A stretch of 64,000 nucleotides of DNA from an uncultured Candidatus Actinomarina sp. Lineage in GTDB: Bacteria > Actinomycetota > Acidimicrobiia > Actinomarinales > Actinomarinaceae. Shown here in pieces: positions 37,249-46,489 of the stretch; position 1 is the first letter of the stretch; every line of letters begins with the position of its first letter. The notes below the pieces were generated by a model. The model made no database searches and was not told the origin of the DNA. It saw only the letters and a program-made list of their open reading frames with translations. The stretch lies in assembly GCA_902635945.1 (NCBI GenBank), contig CACPPU010000001.1:431216-495215 (forward strand), in the 5' to 3' direction. Position numbers and translations under genes: made by a program.

Positions 37249-39272
37249 TTTCTCGAGCAACTAAATTACGAACACTGTTTTTGATTCTTTTGCTTATATT
37301 ACCTTTTTGGGTGCATAACTCCTCAGACAGCATTGAGCCGCAAAGAATAACTAATGAGTTTGTTGGATACTATCAATCAAATACATGTGAAATTTCACTT
37401 CTTGAGGTTTACTTAGCAAACCTTGGTAATAAAAATAATATCTCTTACAGTAATAACTATTACGCGGGTGCTGAGTGTTTTGGAAAGGTAACAGGTCTTG
37501 ATAAAGTAAACGATAAATTCATAGTTTCAATAGGAACTAACACCAGTTTACTTTTTCTGATTCAATCAATATTATGGCTTACTTTATTATCATTTATTAA
37601 ACCAAAAGATAGAAAAAGACATAATTTAAATTTATTGTATCTTTTCCTCCCTTTGCTCTTTACATATCAACACATTTCCGAGAGTAGATTTTATGAAAGA
37701 TTAAACATCTATCATACAGGTCTTAGCGAAGGTTTTGTTGATAATTTTTACTTACTCGGAATATTTTTTACTTACATTTTTTTATTTCTTGTTATGAAAG
37801 ATTTTCTGTCTAATAGAGAGTCAGATGTTGTAAATTATTTACCATACGGATTCCTTTTTATTTTTACATTTGGAGGAATGAATATTAATTTTTATTTGAT
37901 GATTTTTTCATATTTTGGTCTTAGAAATATAATTGAACGAAATAGTAATTTTAAGCTGAATCTAGTTTACTTACTATTTTCATCAATTTGGCTTTTATTA
38001 TCTAGTAGAGACACTAACAGCTTCTTTGATACAGATAAATTGAGAGGAAATATAAATTCATCCAATAATATTGAATCATTATTTTTTTGGACTGTTGTTT
38101 TTTATTTATGTTTATATGGAGCACTCTTTATTTTCAAAAATTCAAAATTAGACATTACAATGCTGAGAACTAATTTTATCAAATGTGGATCATTAACATT
38201 TTTGTTTGGACTGATTGGAAGTATTTCGCCACTTTTTAATTTTTATTTTAATCATTTATTTGGTCAAAATAAAAGAGGTATAACTGACTTATCAAGTATT
38301 GCAGGCAACACTTGGAGAGGGTTTTCTTCAAGTGCAGAGTCAATTGGAGAGTTTTATGCATTTATTATTCTTTTTACAATTATTACAAGATTTCTATTTA
38401 AAATACCTTTTAGCAAACTCGAAATCTATATGCTTTTGTTAATACTTTTTGGTCTATATAGGTCAAATAATTTTGCAGCTTTTTCTTCGTTACTACTGAT
38501 TGGCATTGTTTTTATAATTGAAAATTTTATTCATACGAGAAAAACAAAAAATATTATTTATGCAAGTTTTACCTTAACTACATTAATTGCACTTTACTAT
38601 TTAATTAAATTCCTAAATTATGAATATTTAAGTACCCAATTGCTTTATGAAGCTTCCTTGCAATCAAACTTTTTTACCTATGCTGATAACTATGGAAAAT
38701 CAATAAGAATTGAATCACTATTTAACGAGGAAAGAATTTATTACCTAATAAACATAGAAGGTGCTGATTCAGTTTCAACTTCTTTAAGAAGATTGTCAGG
38801 TATGTTTTATCAGAAATTCAATATTCCGTTAATTCCAAATTTTGTTGCCTTGTTAAGTATGACTTCAGTTTTAATAAATCGTTCCGAGATGTGGGGAATA
38901 TTTTTTGCTAAATTTTCTCCTAACACTATAGAAGCAATATTTGGATATGGACCAAATCAATTTAACGGTTATCTATATAATCAAAAAGTAAGATTGGATC
39001 TGCCACCTGAAAAGTTAACAGGACTATTTTTACCTCATTCATCATTTCTTGATATCTTGATATTTTTTGGATTAGTAGGTTTTGCTTTATTTTTAGTGTT
39101 AATCGTTAAAACCTTGATATATAAATCAAATGAGAACTCTTTTAAATTTTTATTTGTTTTCTTAATTATCAATTTTTTAAAAAGTGATTCACTGCTTTAT
39201 ATAAACTCTATAATGCTTTTGCTTCTGTCAATTTCTTTAGTTTTTAGCAAGGAAGAACTTAATGTTAAGTGA
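37245..39272 (+). CDS. Large O-antigen-ligase-like (Wzy_C-like) polytopic membrane protein
   Basis: 675 aa with more than 12 helices. The late motif LFLPHSSFLDILIFFGLVGF resembles the Wzy_C/WaaL His-containing signature. Confidence 0.5.
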   Translation: MISRATKLRTLFLILLLILPFWVHNSSDSIEPQRITNEFVGYYQSNTCEISLLEVYLANLGNKNNISYSNNYYAGAECFGKVTGLDKVNDKFIVSIGTNTSLLFLIQSILWLTLLSFIKPKDRKRHNLNLLYLFLPLLFTYQHISESRFYERLNIYHTGLSEGFVDNFYLLGIFFTYIFLFLVMKDFLSNRESDVVNYLPYGFLFIFTFGGMNINFYLMIFSYFGLRNIIERNSNFKLNLVYLLFSSIWLLLSSRDTNSFFDTDKLRGNINSSNNIESLFFWTVVFYLCLYGALFIFKNSKLDITMLRTNFIKCGSLTFLFGLIGSISPLFNFYFNHLFGQNKRGITDLSSIAGNTWRGFSSSAESIGEFYAFIILFTIITRFLFKIPFSKLEIYMLLLILFGLYRSNNFAAFSSLLLIGIVFIIENFIHTRKTKNIIYASFTLTTLIALYYLIKFLNYEYLSTQLLYEASLQSNFFTYADNYGKSIRIESLFNEERIYYLINIEGADSVSTSLRRLSGMFYQKFNIPLIPNFVALLSMTSVLINRSEMWGIFFAKFSPNTIEAIFGYGPNQFNGYLYNQKVRLDLPPEKLTGLFLPHSSFLDILIFFGLVGFALFLVLIVKTLIYKSNENSFKFLFVFLIINFLKSDSLLYINSIMLLLLSISLVFSKEELNVK

Positions 39273-40389
39273 AATTAAAAACTTATATTATATAACTTAT
39301 CAGTCATTTCCTTCTGAAAAAGCAAATACTCTCCAAACTATATCCAACATAAAATACCTTGTTAAAGCTGGCGTCAATGTATCACTATTTTTCCCTTTGA
39401 GAGAAAAGACTAGTTCAGGTGACTTAAGCACAATTCAGTCAAAATACTCTTTAAAGGAAGAATTTTTTATCTACCCTATAGTTCATAACCTACCATTTGG
39501 AAAGGTTCAGTTTTTTAATAGTTTTTTCTTTTTGATTAGCCACTTTTTGTGGTCTAGAAGTGTAGTAAAAAATATATTAAAAAACTATAAGGATCCCGAT
39601 TTATTTTTTACAAGATCAGAATGGATCTTTTATTTTTTATCTAAACATAGGCTTAATGTAATATTCGAATGTCATCAATTTTCAAAACTAAGAAATCTTC
39701 TAATGAAAATGGCTTTGAAAAGTAGCCGTTCTAAAGTAGTTTTTTTAAATGATAATCTTTATGCGGATTTTAAATTTAAAACGTTATTGAAAGAAAATTT
39801 TAGTATTCTTCATAACGGAGTTGACTACGAATACTTTCAAGAATTGCCTAAAAAAAATAATAATGAGATTGTTTTTGTAGGCGGTCTACAAAGATTTGGA
39901 GAATCAAGAGATATTGAATTCATCATAGAATCTTTAAATAGCTCCAACTCAGAATATAAATTAAAAATAATTGGAGGAAGCACTAAAGAAATTCAAAGTT
40001 TAAAAAATAAGTACCCCGATGCATTTGCTACAAACAATATTTCAATTTCTGAGAGACTCTCACGAAGTGCAACTATAGAAGAAATAAAGTCATCAGAAGT
40101 AGGGCTACTTATAAATTCCGATAAAAATATACATTCCACAAAATATACTTCTCCATTAAAATATTTTGAATACTTAGCAGCTAAGCTAAAAATAATTGCT
40201 GTAGACTTTGACTCGCATAGAAAATTACCTTTTTCGGACAAAATAGTGTTTTTCAAACATAAGGATAGTAAAAGTTTTATTGATGGTCTTAATGAGTTAG
40301 CGAATCTGGAAGTTGCAGACATTGATTTAAAAAACCACATATCACTTGAGAAAAGAGTAAATGAAATACTTGAACTGGGTAAAAAATAG
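39262..40389 (+). CDS. GT-B fold glycosyltransferase
   Basis: IVFVGGLQRFGESRDIEFII and TSPLKYFEYLAAKLKIIA. It overlaps the upstream gene by 11 nt. Confidence 0.5.
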   Translation: MLSEIKNLYYITYQSFPSEKANTLQTISNIKYLVKAGVNVSLFFPLREKTSSGDLSTIQSKYSLKEEFFIYPIVHNLPFGKVQFFNSFFFLISHFLWSRSVVKNILKNYKDPDLFFTRSEWIFYFLSKHRLNVIFECHQFSKLRNLLMKMALKSSRSKVVFLNDNLYADFKFKTLLKENFSILHNGVDYEYFQELPKKNNNEIVFVGGLQRFGESRDIEFIIESLNSSNSEYKLKIIGGSTKEIQSLKNKYPDAFATNNISISERLSRSATIEEIKSSEVGLLINSDKNIHSTKYTSPLKYFEYLAAKLKIIAVDFDSHRKLPFSDKIVFFKHKDSKSFIDGLNELANLEVADIDLKNHISLEKRVNEILELGKK

Positions 40390-40463
40390 CACGCCTGGAG
40401 GGACTCGAACCCCCAACCCTCTGATCCGAAGTCAGATGCTCTATCCAGTTGAGCCACAGGCGC
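40390..40463 (-). tRNA. tRNA-Arg (TCG), no encoded CCA
   Basis: Reverse complement: GCGCCTG acceptor (G1-U72 wobble), TCTGA-CTTCGGA-TCAGA anticodon arm, GGGGG-TTCGAGT-CCCTC T arm. It directly abuts the stop codon at 40387-40389. Confidence 0.85.
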
Positions 40464-40511
40464 TAGATTTTCTTATAATCTAAATTTAATACTTATATAA
40501 TAGTTACAAGA

Positions 40512-41246
40512 ATGAAAACTACTAAGGTGCTTCAAACAAACATAAGTGAGACAAATATAAAACAAGTTTCCGAAATGCTCAATACTTCAACAAAAAACCG
40601 AGTAGCAATTTGTAATGCAAACACATTAGTGAGAAGTGTTCGTAATACTGAGGTCAGAACCTCTATCAACAACTTTACAATTAAAGCCCCTGATGGGTTC
40701 CCTGTTGCCAAAGCACTTTCTTTTTTAACTAAACAAAAATTTTCAAGAGTTGATGGCTACAAAGTTTTTTTACAAACAATTCAAAAAGGATTAAGCCGTG
40801 GCACGAGGCATTATTTTTTTGGTAATAATGATGAAATAACACAATTAATGATTAATAAATTAACCCAAAAATTTCCTGATATGAATATTGTAGGTTATCT
40901 ATGTCCAGAAGTGATGAGTGCTGATGATCTTGTTGAAAGATATAAAAAAGAAATACAAAGTATTAATGCGGATATAATTTGGGTCTCTCTAGGATTTCCT
41001 AAACAAGAACTGTTCATAGATACGCTTTGTAATGAAATAGAAACTTCAATTAACTTCGTTGGTGTAGGAGCAGTTTTTGAGTGGGTAGCGGGAACAAAAA
41101 AGAAAGCACCTGAGTGGATTGCTGATTTGGGGTTCGAATGGCTTCTTAGATTATTTCAAGACCCAAAAAGACTTTATAAAAGATATTTAATCGACAACAC
41201 TTTATTTATTCTTTACTTTTTGAGACAAGTGTTCTTTCGTATATAA
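40512..41246 (+). CDS. WecB/TagA/CpsF family (GT26) glycosyltransferase
   Basis: NANTLV, PDGFPV, VDGYKVF, GFPKQELF, GVGAVFEWVAG, KKAPEW and GFEWLLRLFQDPKRLYKRY are GT26 hallmarks. Confidence 0.8.
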   Translation: MKTTKVLQTNISETNIKQVSEMLNTSTKNRVAICNANTLVRSVRNTEVRTSINNFTIKAPDGFPVAKALSFLTKQKFSRVDGYKVFLQTIQKGLSRGTRHYFFGNNDEITQLMINKLTQKFPDMNIVGYLCPEVMSADDLVERYKKEIQSINADIIWVSLGFPKQELFIDTLCNEIETSINFVGVGAVFEWVAGTKKKAPEWIADLGFEWLLRLFQDPKRLYKRYLIDNTLFILYFLRQVFFRI

Positions 41247-41274
41247 ACAGTAAAATAAGATAAGAAAAAGCTAT

Positions 41275-42915
41275 ATGAATAATATTTTTAATAATTTAAC
41301 AAATTCTCTATCACAAGAGTTTAAAAAATTTGAGCTGGATGAAGTAATACAGTTAAGCTTGTCAAAAATAGCAGGACATGATTTACAAATTAATAACTTA
41401 GTAAAATATAATAAATCAGACTTCTTTGATGAACTACAAGAAAACATAATAGAAAAAATCAATTCATCAAATATTTTCTTGCCAGTAGTGAAAAACGACA
41501 TGGGATTTCTAAATTTAAGCCTTAATCATATTTATATCATGAAAAATATAACAAATACACAAAGTGATTTTGAAAATGAGCAGAGAAGTAAAATTATTTT
41601 TGATTACGGTGGGCCAAATATTGGCAAACCATTGCATGTTGGACATATGCGTACATTAAATATTGGAAGAAGTTTGTACAAAATCCACTCATTTATTGGT
41701 AATGAGGTAGTAAGCGATATACATCTTGGAGACTGGGGTATGCCGATAGCTCAAATTATTACCTACTTAGAAAAAGAAGAAATAGAGTTAAAAAGTTTGG
41801 ACTCAAGCCAATTAGAAATCATTTACCCGAAAGCAAGTGAGGAATATAAACAAAACAATGAATTCAAAATTCGAGCTCAAGAAATAAATAAGCTCCTAAA
41901 TAATAATGATCAAGAACTATTAGAAATGTGGGAGTTAATTAAAAAAATCTCTATACAAAGCCTTGAAGAAAATTTTGAAATATTTGGCCACAGCTTTGAT
42001 TATTGGTTGGGCGAGAGTGATGTGAATAATTTAATTCCAGAAATGATTGAGGAATTGTTAAAAGATGAAAAAATCATATACGACGATGGGGCTTTGATTA
42101 GTGCGGAAGATACAGATCCAAAAATCTTAATTACAAAGTCAGATGGATCTTACCTATACATAACTACAGATCTGGCAACTATTTTATTTAGACAAAAAAA
42201 TATAGGATATGATAAAACTTACTATATTGTCGACAATCGTCAATCACTTCACTTTGAACAATTATTTAGTTCAATTAAGTATTTTGAATTTAACAACCAC
42301 GAACATGAACATATTTCCTATGGAACTTTAAATGATAGTGAAGGAAACCCGTTTAAAACTAGGGAAGGTGGCACGAAGCCTTTAAGTGAATTATTTAAAG
42401 AAACTTATGAATATATTGAAAAAATTAATAATGATTTAGACAAGTCTATAGTTTCACAATTAGCAAATTCGGTGCTTACCTTCAGTGATTTAATTACCAA
42501 TAGAAAAACAGACTATAAGTTTGATTTAGAAAAATTTACCAATGTAAATGGAAAAACAGGTATCTATGTTCAATACTCACAAGTTAGGGCAAAAAAGCTT
42601 TTGGAAAACATTGCAAATAAAAACAGTGAACTAAGTAATTTAATTCTTAGTGATGTAGATAAGGAACTGCTTTCTAAATTGTATTTGTTTAGTTACTTTT
42701 TAGAACAATCAGCTGTTCTTAACGAACCTCATCATCTGGCAAATTATTTGTATGAAATTTCAAATTTGTTTAATCAATTTTACGAAAGCGAAAAAATATT
42801 AGAAATCGACGAATCGGACCAACTATCTTCAAAAATGTATATAACCAATTTATTTCTGACAACTAGTCAAAATGTAATGTGGTGTTTGGGAATAACACCA
42901 GTAAACCAAATGTAA
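41275..42915 (+). CDS. argS: Arginine--tRNA ligase
   Basis: GGPNIGKPLHVGHMRT (HIGH region), the overall 546-aa length, and a C-terminal anticodon-binding region (HHLANYLYEISNLFNQFY). Confidence 0.9.
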   Translation: MNNIFNNLTNSLSQEFKKFELDEVIQLSLSKIAGHDLQINNLVKYNKSDFFDELQENIIEKINSSNIFLPVVKNDMGFLNLSLNHIYIMKNITNTQSDFENEQRSKIIFDYGGPNIGKPLHVGHMRTLNIGRSLYKIHSFIGNEVVSDIHLGDWGMPIAQIITYLEKEEIELKSLDSSQLEIIYPKASEEYKQNNEFKIRAQEINKLLNNNDQELLEMWELIKKISIQSLEENFEIFGHSFDYWLGESDVNNLIPEMIEELLKDEKIIYDDGALISAEDTDPKILITKSDGSYLYITTDLATILFRQKNIGYDKTYYIVDNRQSLHFEQLFSSIKYFEFNNHEHEHISYGTLNDSEGNPFKTREGGTKPLSELFKETYEYIEKINNDLDKSIVSQLANSVLTFSDLITNRKTDYKFDLEKFTNVNGKTGIYVQYSQVRAKKLLENIANKNSELSNLILSDVDKELLSKLYLFSYFLEQSAVLNEPHHLANYLYEISNLFNQFYESEKILEIDESDQLSSKMYITNLFLTTSQNVMWCLGITPVNQM

Positions 42916-42916
42916 G

Positions 42917-43459
42917 CTATAAAAATATTTGAGTAGAAATAATCCAAATTATAAGAATCAAACTATATGAGTAATTGTTTATAAAGCTCAAATTTTTTCC
43001 AAAATTGTGAAATAAAAATAGTACTAACGGAATTGCTATAAATCCGGAAAATGAAACTGCTCTAGCGATTACAAGATATTCATTCACAAATACATTTTGA
43101 TTTCTTAACAAAATCTGAAACAAGACTAGAAAAAATAATGAAACAAATATTACCGATACTACATTTGTAAGTAAATTTCTAAAAGATCTGTTCTCTATAA
43201 AATATTCATTAAAAAATTCAACAGGAACAAATAAAACAAATAAAGAAACAAAAAGGGTAATAAACGACCAAAATAGACCTTGGCCACTCCAGCTTATAAG
43301 CGCTTCATTTACTATTCCTGATGACTCTAAAAATAAATAAACTGAGAAGCCTAGTAAAGATGTACCAAGAACAAAACAATACAATCCCAATACGGAGATA
43401 ATCTGACTGCGGTTTATAGATATATTGTTTTTCGTAAGTTTGCTAACATCGTATTGCAT
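42917..43459 (-). CDS. Integral membrane protein (about 5 TM), unknown function
   Basis: 180 aa, strongly hydrophobic. Confidence 0.4.
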   Translation of the reverse strand: MQYDVSKLTKNNISINRSQIISVLGLYCFVLGTSLLGFSVYLFLESSGIVNEALISWSGQGLFWSFITLFVSLFVLFVPVEFFNEYFIENRSFRNLLTNVVSVIFVSLFFLVLFQILLRNQNVFVNEYLVIARAVSFSGFIAIPLVLFLFHNFGKNLSFINNYSYSLILIIWIISTQIFL

Positions 43460-43501
43460 ACAGACATATTAACTGTTTTTATATTAAAATATTATTTAAA
43501 T

Positions 43502-43744
43502 ATGGATTTAATAGACACTCCAAACCCAAACGCTAAAAAAGTATTAGTTGAACACGACTATGAAATAGCAATTTACATTAAAAAAGATGCTCAAGAAGTT
43601 GATGGTATTGCAAAAAAAATAATAGGGATCAACGGAGTTGAATCTATATTCACAGGTCCTGGTTTTTTAACTCTTACAAAAGAGGAAAATAGTGATTGGA
43701 ATATCATTAATAACGATATATTAAATAAGTTTGATACAATATAG
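43502..43744 (+). CDS. Nfu/NifU N-terminal-domain-like small protein
   Basis: MDLIDTPNPNAKKV ... GVESIFTGPGFLTLTK resembles the Nfu_N scaffold domain. I chose the ATG at 43502 because the longer ORF start overlaps the divergent gene. Confidence 0.5.
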   Translation: MDLIDTPNPNAKKVLVEHDYEIAIYIKKDAQEVDGIAKKIIGINGVESIFTGPGFLTLTKEENSDWNIINNDILNKFDTI

Positions 43745-43746
43745 CT

Positions 43747-44358
43747 ATGGAAACCTTTAATCCAGATCCTAAACCAGGAAGAATCGTACTTCCTCTTGTT
43801 TTAATTGGTATGATTGCAACAACATATACTTTTATCAATAGAGTTTCAACAAATAACAACCTAGAAATAGTTGCTGAAGAAACCCCAGTAGAAACGGTTG
43901 CTGAAGAAACAAGTGTTGAAGACACTTCTACAACAACTACAACCACGACACTTCCTGATAATTATGTTGCTTATCTTGAAGAATTAAGTGCAGAAAAGAT
44001 CCAAGCTACTGAACTTGGTAAAGATGTTTTGGAAGCAAATGACAATTGGGACAATCAAAGTGTTGCATACCAAGAAGCCAAAGATGAGTTTAAGGCAAAC
44101 ATTTCAAGCGCAGAGCAATTTGTTACAACTGTTTCAGAACCAGGACCACCAAATGAATTTGCTAACCTAGTAACAAGCCATGAGGAGTTAAAAACTCTCG
44201 TAAATTTAATTTACGAAGACACTGTCGAATTGCTTGCTGGTCTTGAATCTTCTGATACAGGAGAACAGAGAGCAGCAGCCCTTGATTCGTTTAATAGAAA
44301 CTTAGATCAGTTTATTAAAAAGATTGAAGAAGTGGTTGCCTCAGCAACTTCTAGCTAG
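43747..44358 (+). CDS. Membrane-anchored protein with Thr-run linker, unknown function
   Basis: An N-terminal helix IVLPLVLIGMIATTY, the repeat VAEETPVETVAEETSVE, and TSTTTTTTT. Confidence 0.4.
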   Translation: METFNPDPKPGRIVLPLVLIGMIATTYTFINRVSTNNNLEIVAEETPVETVAEETSVEDTSTTTTTTTLPDNYVAYLEELSAEKIQATELGKDVLEANDNWDNQSVAYQEAKDEFKANISSAEQFVTTVSEPGPPNEFANLVTSHEELKTLVNLIYEDTVELLAGLESSDTGEQRAAALDSFNRNLDQFIKKIEEVVASATSS

Positions 44359-45379
44359 AAGCTGCTGAACAAACAGTATCAATCATTAACATAGCAATCA
44401 CGTAAGGATCGCCATTAGCGTTAGGCCTTCTATCTTCTAGATAACCTTTTTTATCTACTTCAACCTGCCATGGAATTCTGATTGATGCTCCTCTATCGCT
44501 AACTCCATAAGAAAAAGTATCAAAACTTTGAGTTTCATGGTCGCCTGTTAGCCTGTCTTCAATATTTGCACCATAATTTTTTACATGCAAATCAGCATTT
44601 TTACCAAGAGCTTCACATCCTGCAACAATTGCATCGTATCCGCCATCTTCTCTCATTTGTTTAGTCGAAAAGTTAGTGTGCATACCAGCACCATTCCAAT
44701 CACCTTTTACAGGTTTTGGATCTAGTGTTGCAGAAATATTCCAATCTTCAGCTATTCTATAAAGCAACCATCTTGCTATCCAAATTTGATCACCAATGTC
44801 TGGTGCACCTACAGGTCCAATTTGGAACTCCCACTGACCAGGCATAACTTCAGCATTTGTACCAGAAATACCTAGTCCGGCTTCCATGCAAGCAGTTGCA
44901 TGAGCTTCAGATATTTCTCTTCCATAAACTTCGTCTGCACCGACGCCACAATAATAACCACCTTGAGGTGCTGGATAACCTGATGGAGGAAATCCTAAAG
45001 GTTGGCCGTATTTAAGTGAGTCATAAGACTGTTCGTAAAATGTATACTCTTGTTCCATTCCAAACCAAGGCTCAAATTCACCAAAATTTTCAGATGATTC
45101 TACTAATGCAGCTCTAGTATTGGATGCATGTGGAGTCATGTCTACATTCATTACTTCACACATAACCAAAATATTTTCGCCGCCTCGAATTGGATCAGGA
45201 AATTGTGCAACTGGTTTTAACACACAATCAGATTGGTCACCTGTTGCTTGTTGAGTACTAGAACCATCAAAACCCCAGATAGGAGGCTCAGTTCCTTGAT
45301 CGATTATTTTTGTTTTACTCCTTAACTTTGCGGTCGGAGTCAGACCGTCAATCCATATATATTCTGCTTTTATCTTCAT
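44351..45379 (-). CDS. glnII: Glutamine synthetase, type II
   Basis: A 342-aa protein starting KAEYIWIDG...LRSKTK, with FDGSST, GWFGMEQEY-like WFGMEQEYTF, and HTNFST. Confidence 0.85.
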   Translation of the reverse strand: MKIKAEYIWIDGLTPTAKLRSKTKIIDQGTEPPIWGFDGSSTQQATGDQSDCVLKPVAQFPDPIRGGENILVMCEVMNVDMTPHASNTRAALVESSENFGEFEPWFGMEQEYTFYEQSYDSLKYGQPLGFPPSGYPAPQGGYYCGVGADEVYGREISEAHATACMEAGLGISGTNAEVMPGQWEFQIGPVGAPDIGDQIWIARWLLYRIAEDWNISATLDPKPVKGDWNGAGMHTNFSTKQMREDGGYDAIVAGCEALGKNADLHVKNYGANIEDRLTGDHETQSFDTFSYGVSDRGASIRIPWQVEVDKKGYLEDRRPNANGDPYVIAMLMIDTVCSAASS

Positions 45380-45442
45380 GAAAATAATGTAATATATATT
45401 TCAAGCAATGTTGTTACAGAATTATTAAATAATTGTTTCGAG

Positions 45443-46072
45443 ATGATGGATACATATATAAACATAGATAAAGAGCATAAGAACTTCGAAGACTTATTAA
45501 AGTCTTCTGGTGTAAAGAAACTCGCCATTAAGAATATACAAACCCCAAAGCAAATACACTTAGTTGTAACATCACTTTCTAAATATGGGGAAACAAAGAA
45601 AAATTTGTCAGATTTAGAATCCTCCACTAAACCTTTCCCTACATTAATTATCGTTAATGACGTAGATTTTGAACAAACAGTAGACCTAATTCAAAACCCT
45701 CAAATTGAATTAATTTCGAGTAATAGCAAATTAGAAGAAGTGGGTGCAAGAGTTCATGCACTAGTAGGTGATAGTGCTTCAGAAATACTTGAATTCAAAG
45801 ACCTCAGTATTAACTTAAAAACTTATGAAGCAAAAGCGGGTGATGTGTTACTCGACCTAACTTTCATGGAGTATGAATTATTAAAGTTTTTTGTTGTAAA
45901 CCAAGAAAATGTTTGGTCCAGAGAACAACTTCTTGAAAAAGTTTGGGGTTACGATTATTTTGGTGGTGCAAGAACAGTTGATGTTCATGTTAGAAGACTA
46001 AGAGCAAAACTTGGTGACCAGAGAAATGATTGGATTAAAACAGTACACTCAGTCGGTTACAAATTTAACTAA
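45443..46072 (+). CDS. OmpR/PhoB-type winged-helix transcriptional regulator with degenerate receiver (GlnR-like)
   Basis: The C-terminal LTFMEYELLKFF ... VWSREQLLEKVWGYDYFGGARTVDVHVRRLRAKLG ... IKTVHSVGYKF is a canonical OmpR DNA-binding domain. The N-terminal half lacks the acidic pocket. It is divergent from glnII. Confidence 0.7.
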   Translation: MMDTYINIDKEHKNFEDLLKSSGVKKLAIKNIQTPKQIHLVVTSLSKYGETKKNLSDLESSTKPFPTLIIVNDVDFEQTVDLIQNPQIELISSNSKLEEVGARVHALVGDSASEILEFKDLSINLKTYEAKAGDVLLDLTFMEYELLKFFVVNQENVWSREQLLEKVWGYDYFGGARTVDVHVRRLRAKLGDQRNDWIKTVHSVGYKFN

Positions 46073-46412
46073 AACTGTTACCGCAACCACAGGTTCTGGA
46101 TACATTTGGATTATCAATGGAGAAACCTGTTTCCATTAATCCTTCTTTATAATCTAGAGTTGCACCTTTGATATGTTCTAGGCTTTGGCCATCAACAACA
46201 ATATTGACCCCGTCATACTCTTCTATTACATCACCATCAAATTTGTCTGTGTCAAAGAACATTTCGTAAGAATAGCCAGAACAACCTCCTGGTTTTACTC
46301 CCATTCTGAGAAAGCTATCTTCTGATGTCTCTTCTGATTTTAGTTCTACAAGCTTTTTTACAGCACTGTCAGTTGCAAGAACTGCTCTTGATGATTTTAT
46401 TTGTATATCCAT
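46065..46412 (-). CDS. HesB/IscA/SufA-family iron-sulfur cluster insertion protein
   Basis: GCSGYSY and the C-terminal CGCGNSFS motifs. Confidence 0.85.
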   Translation of the reverse strand: MDIQIKSSRAVLATDSAVKKLVELKSEETSEDSFLRMGVKPGGCSGYSYEMFFDTDKFDGDVIEEYDGVNIVVDGQSLEHIKGATLDYKEGLMETGFSIDNPNVSRTCGCGNSFS

Positions 46413-46489
46413 AGTCGAATTATAACAAGAAAACGGATATTCAATAAATTAATAATTACATCTTTCACAAATGTACTTAGAATATTCGT

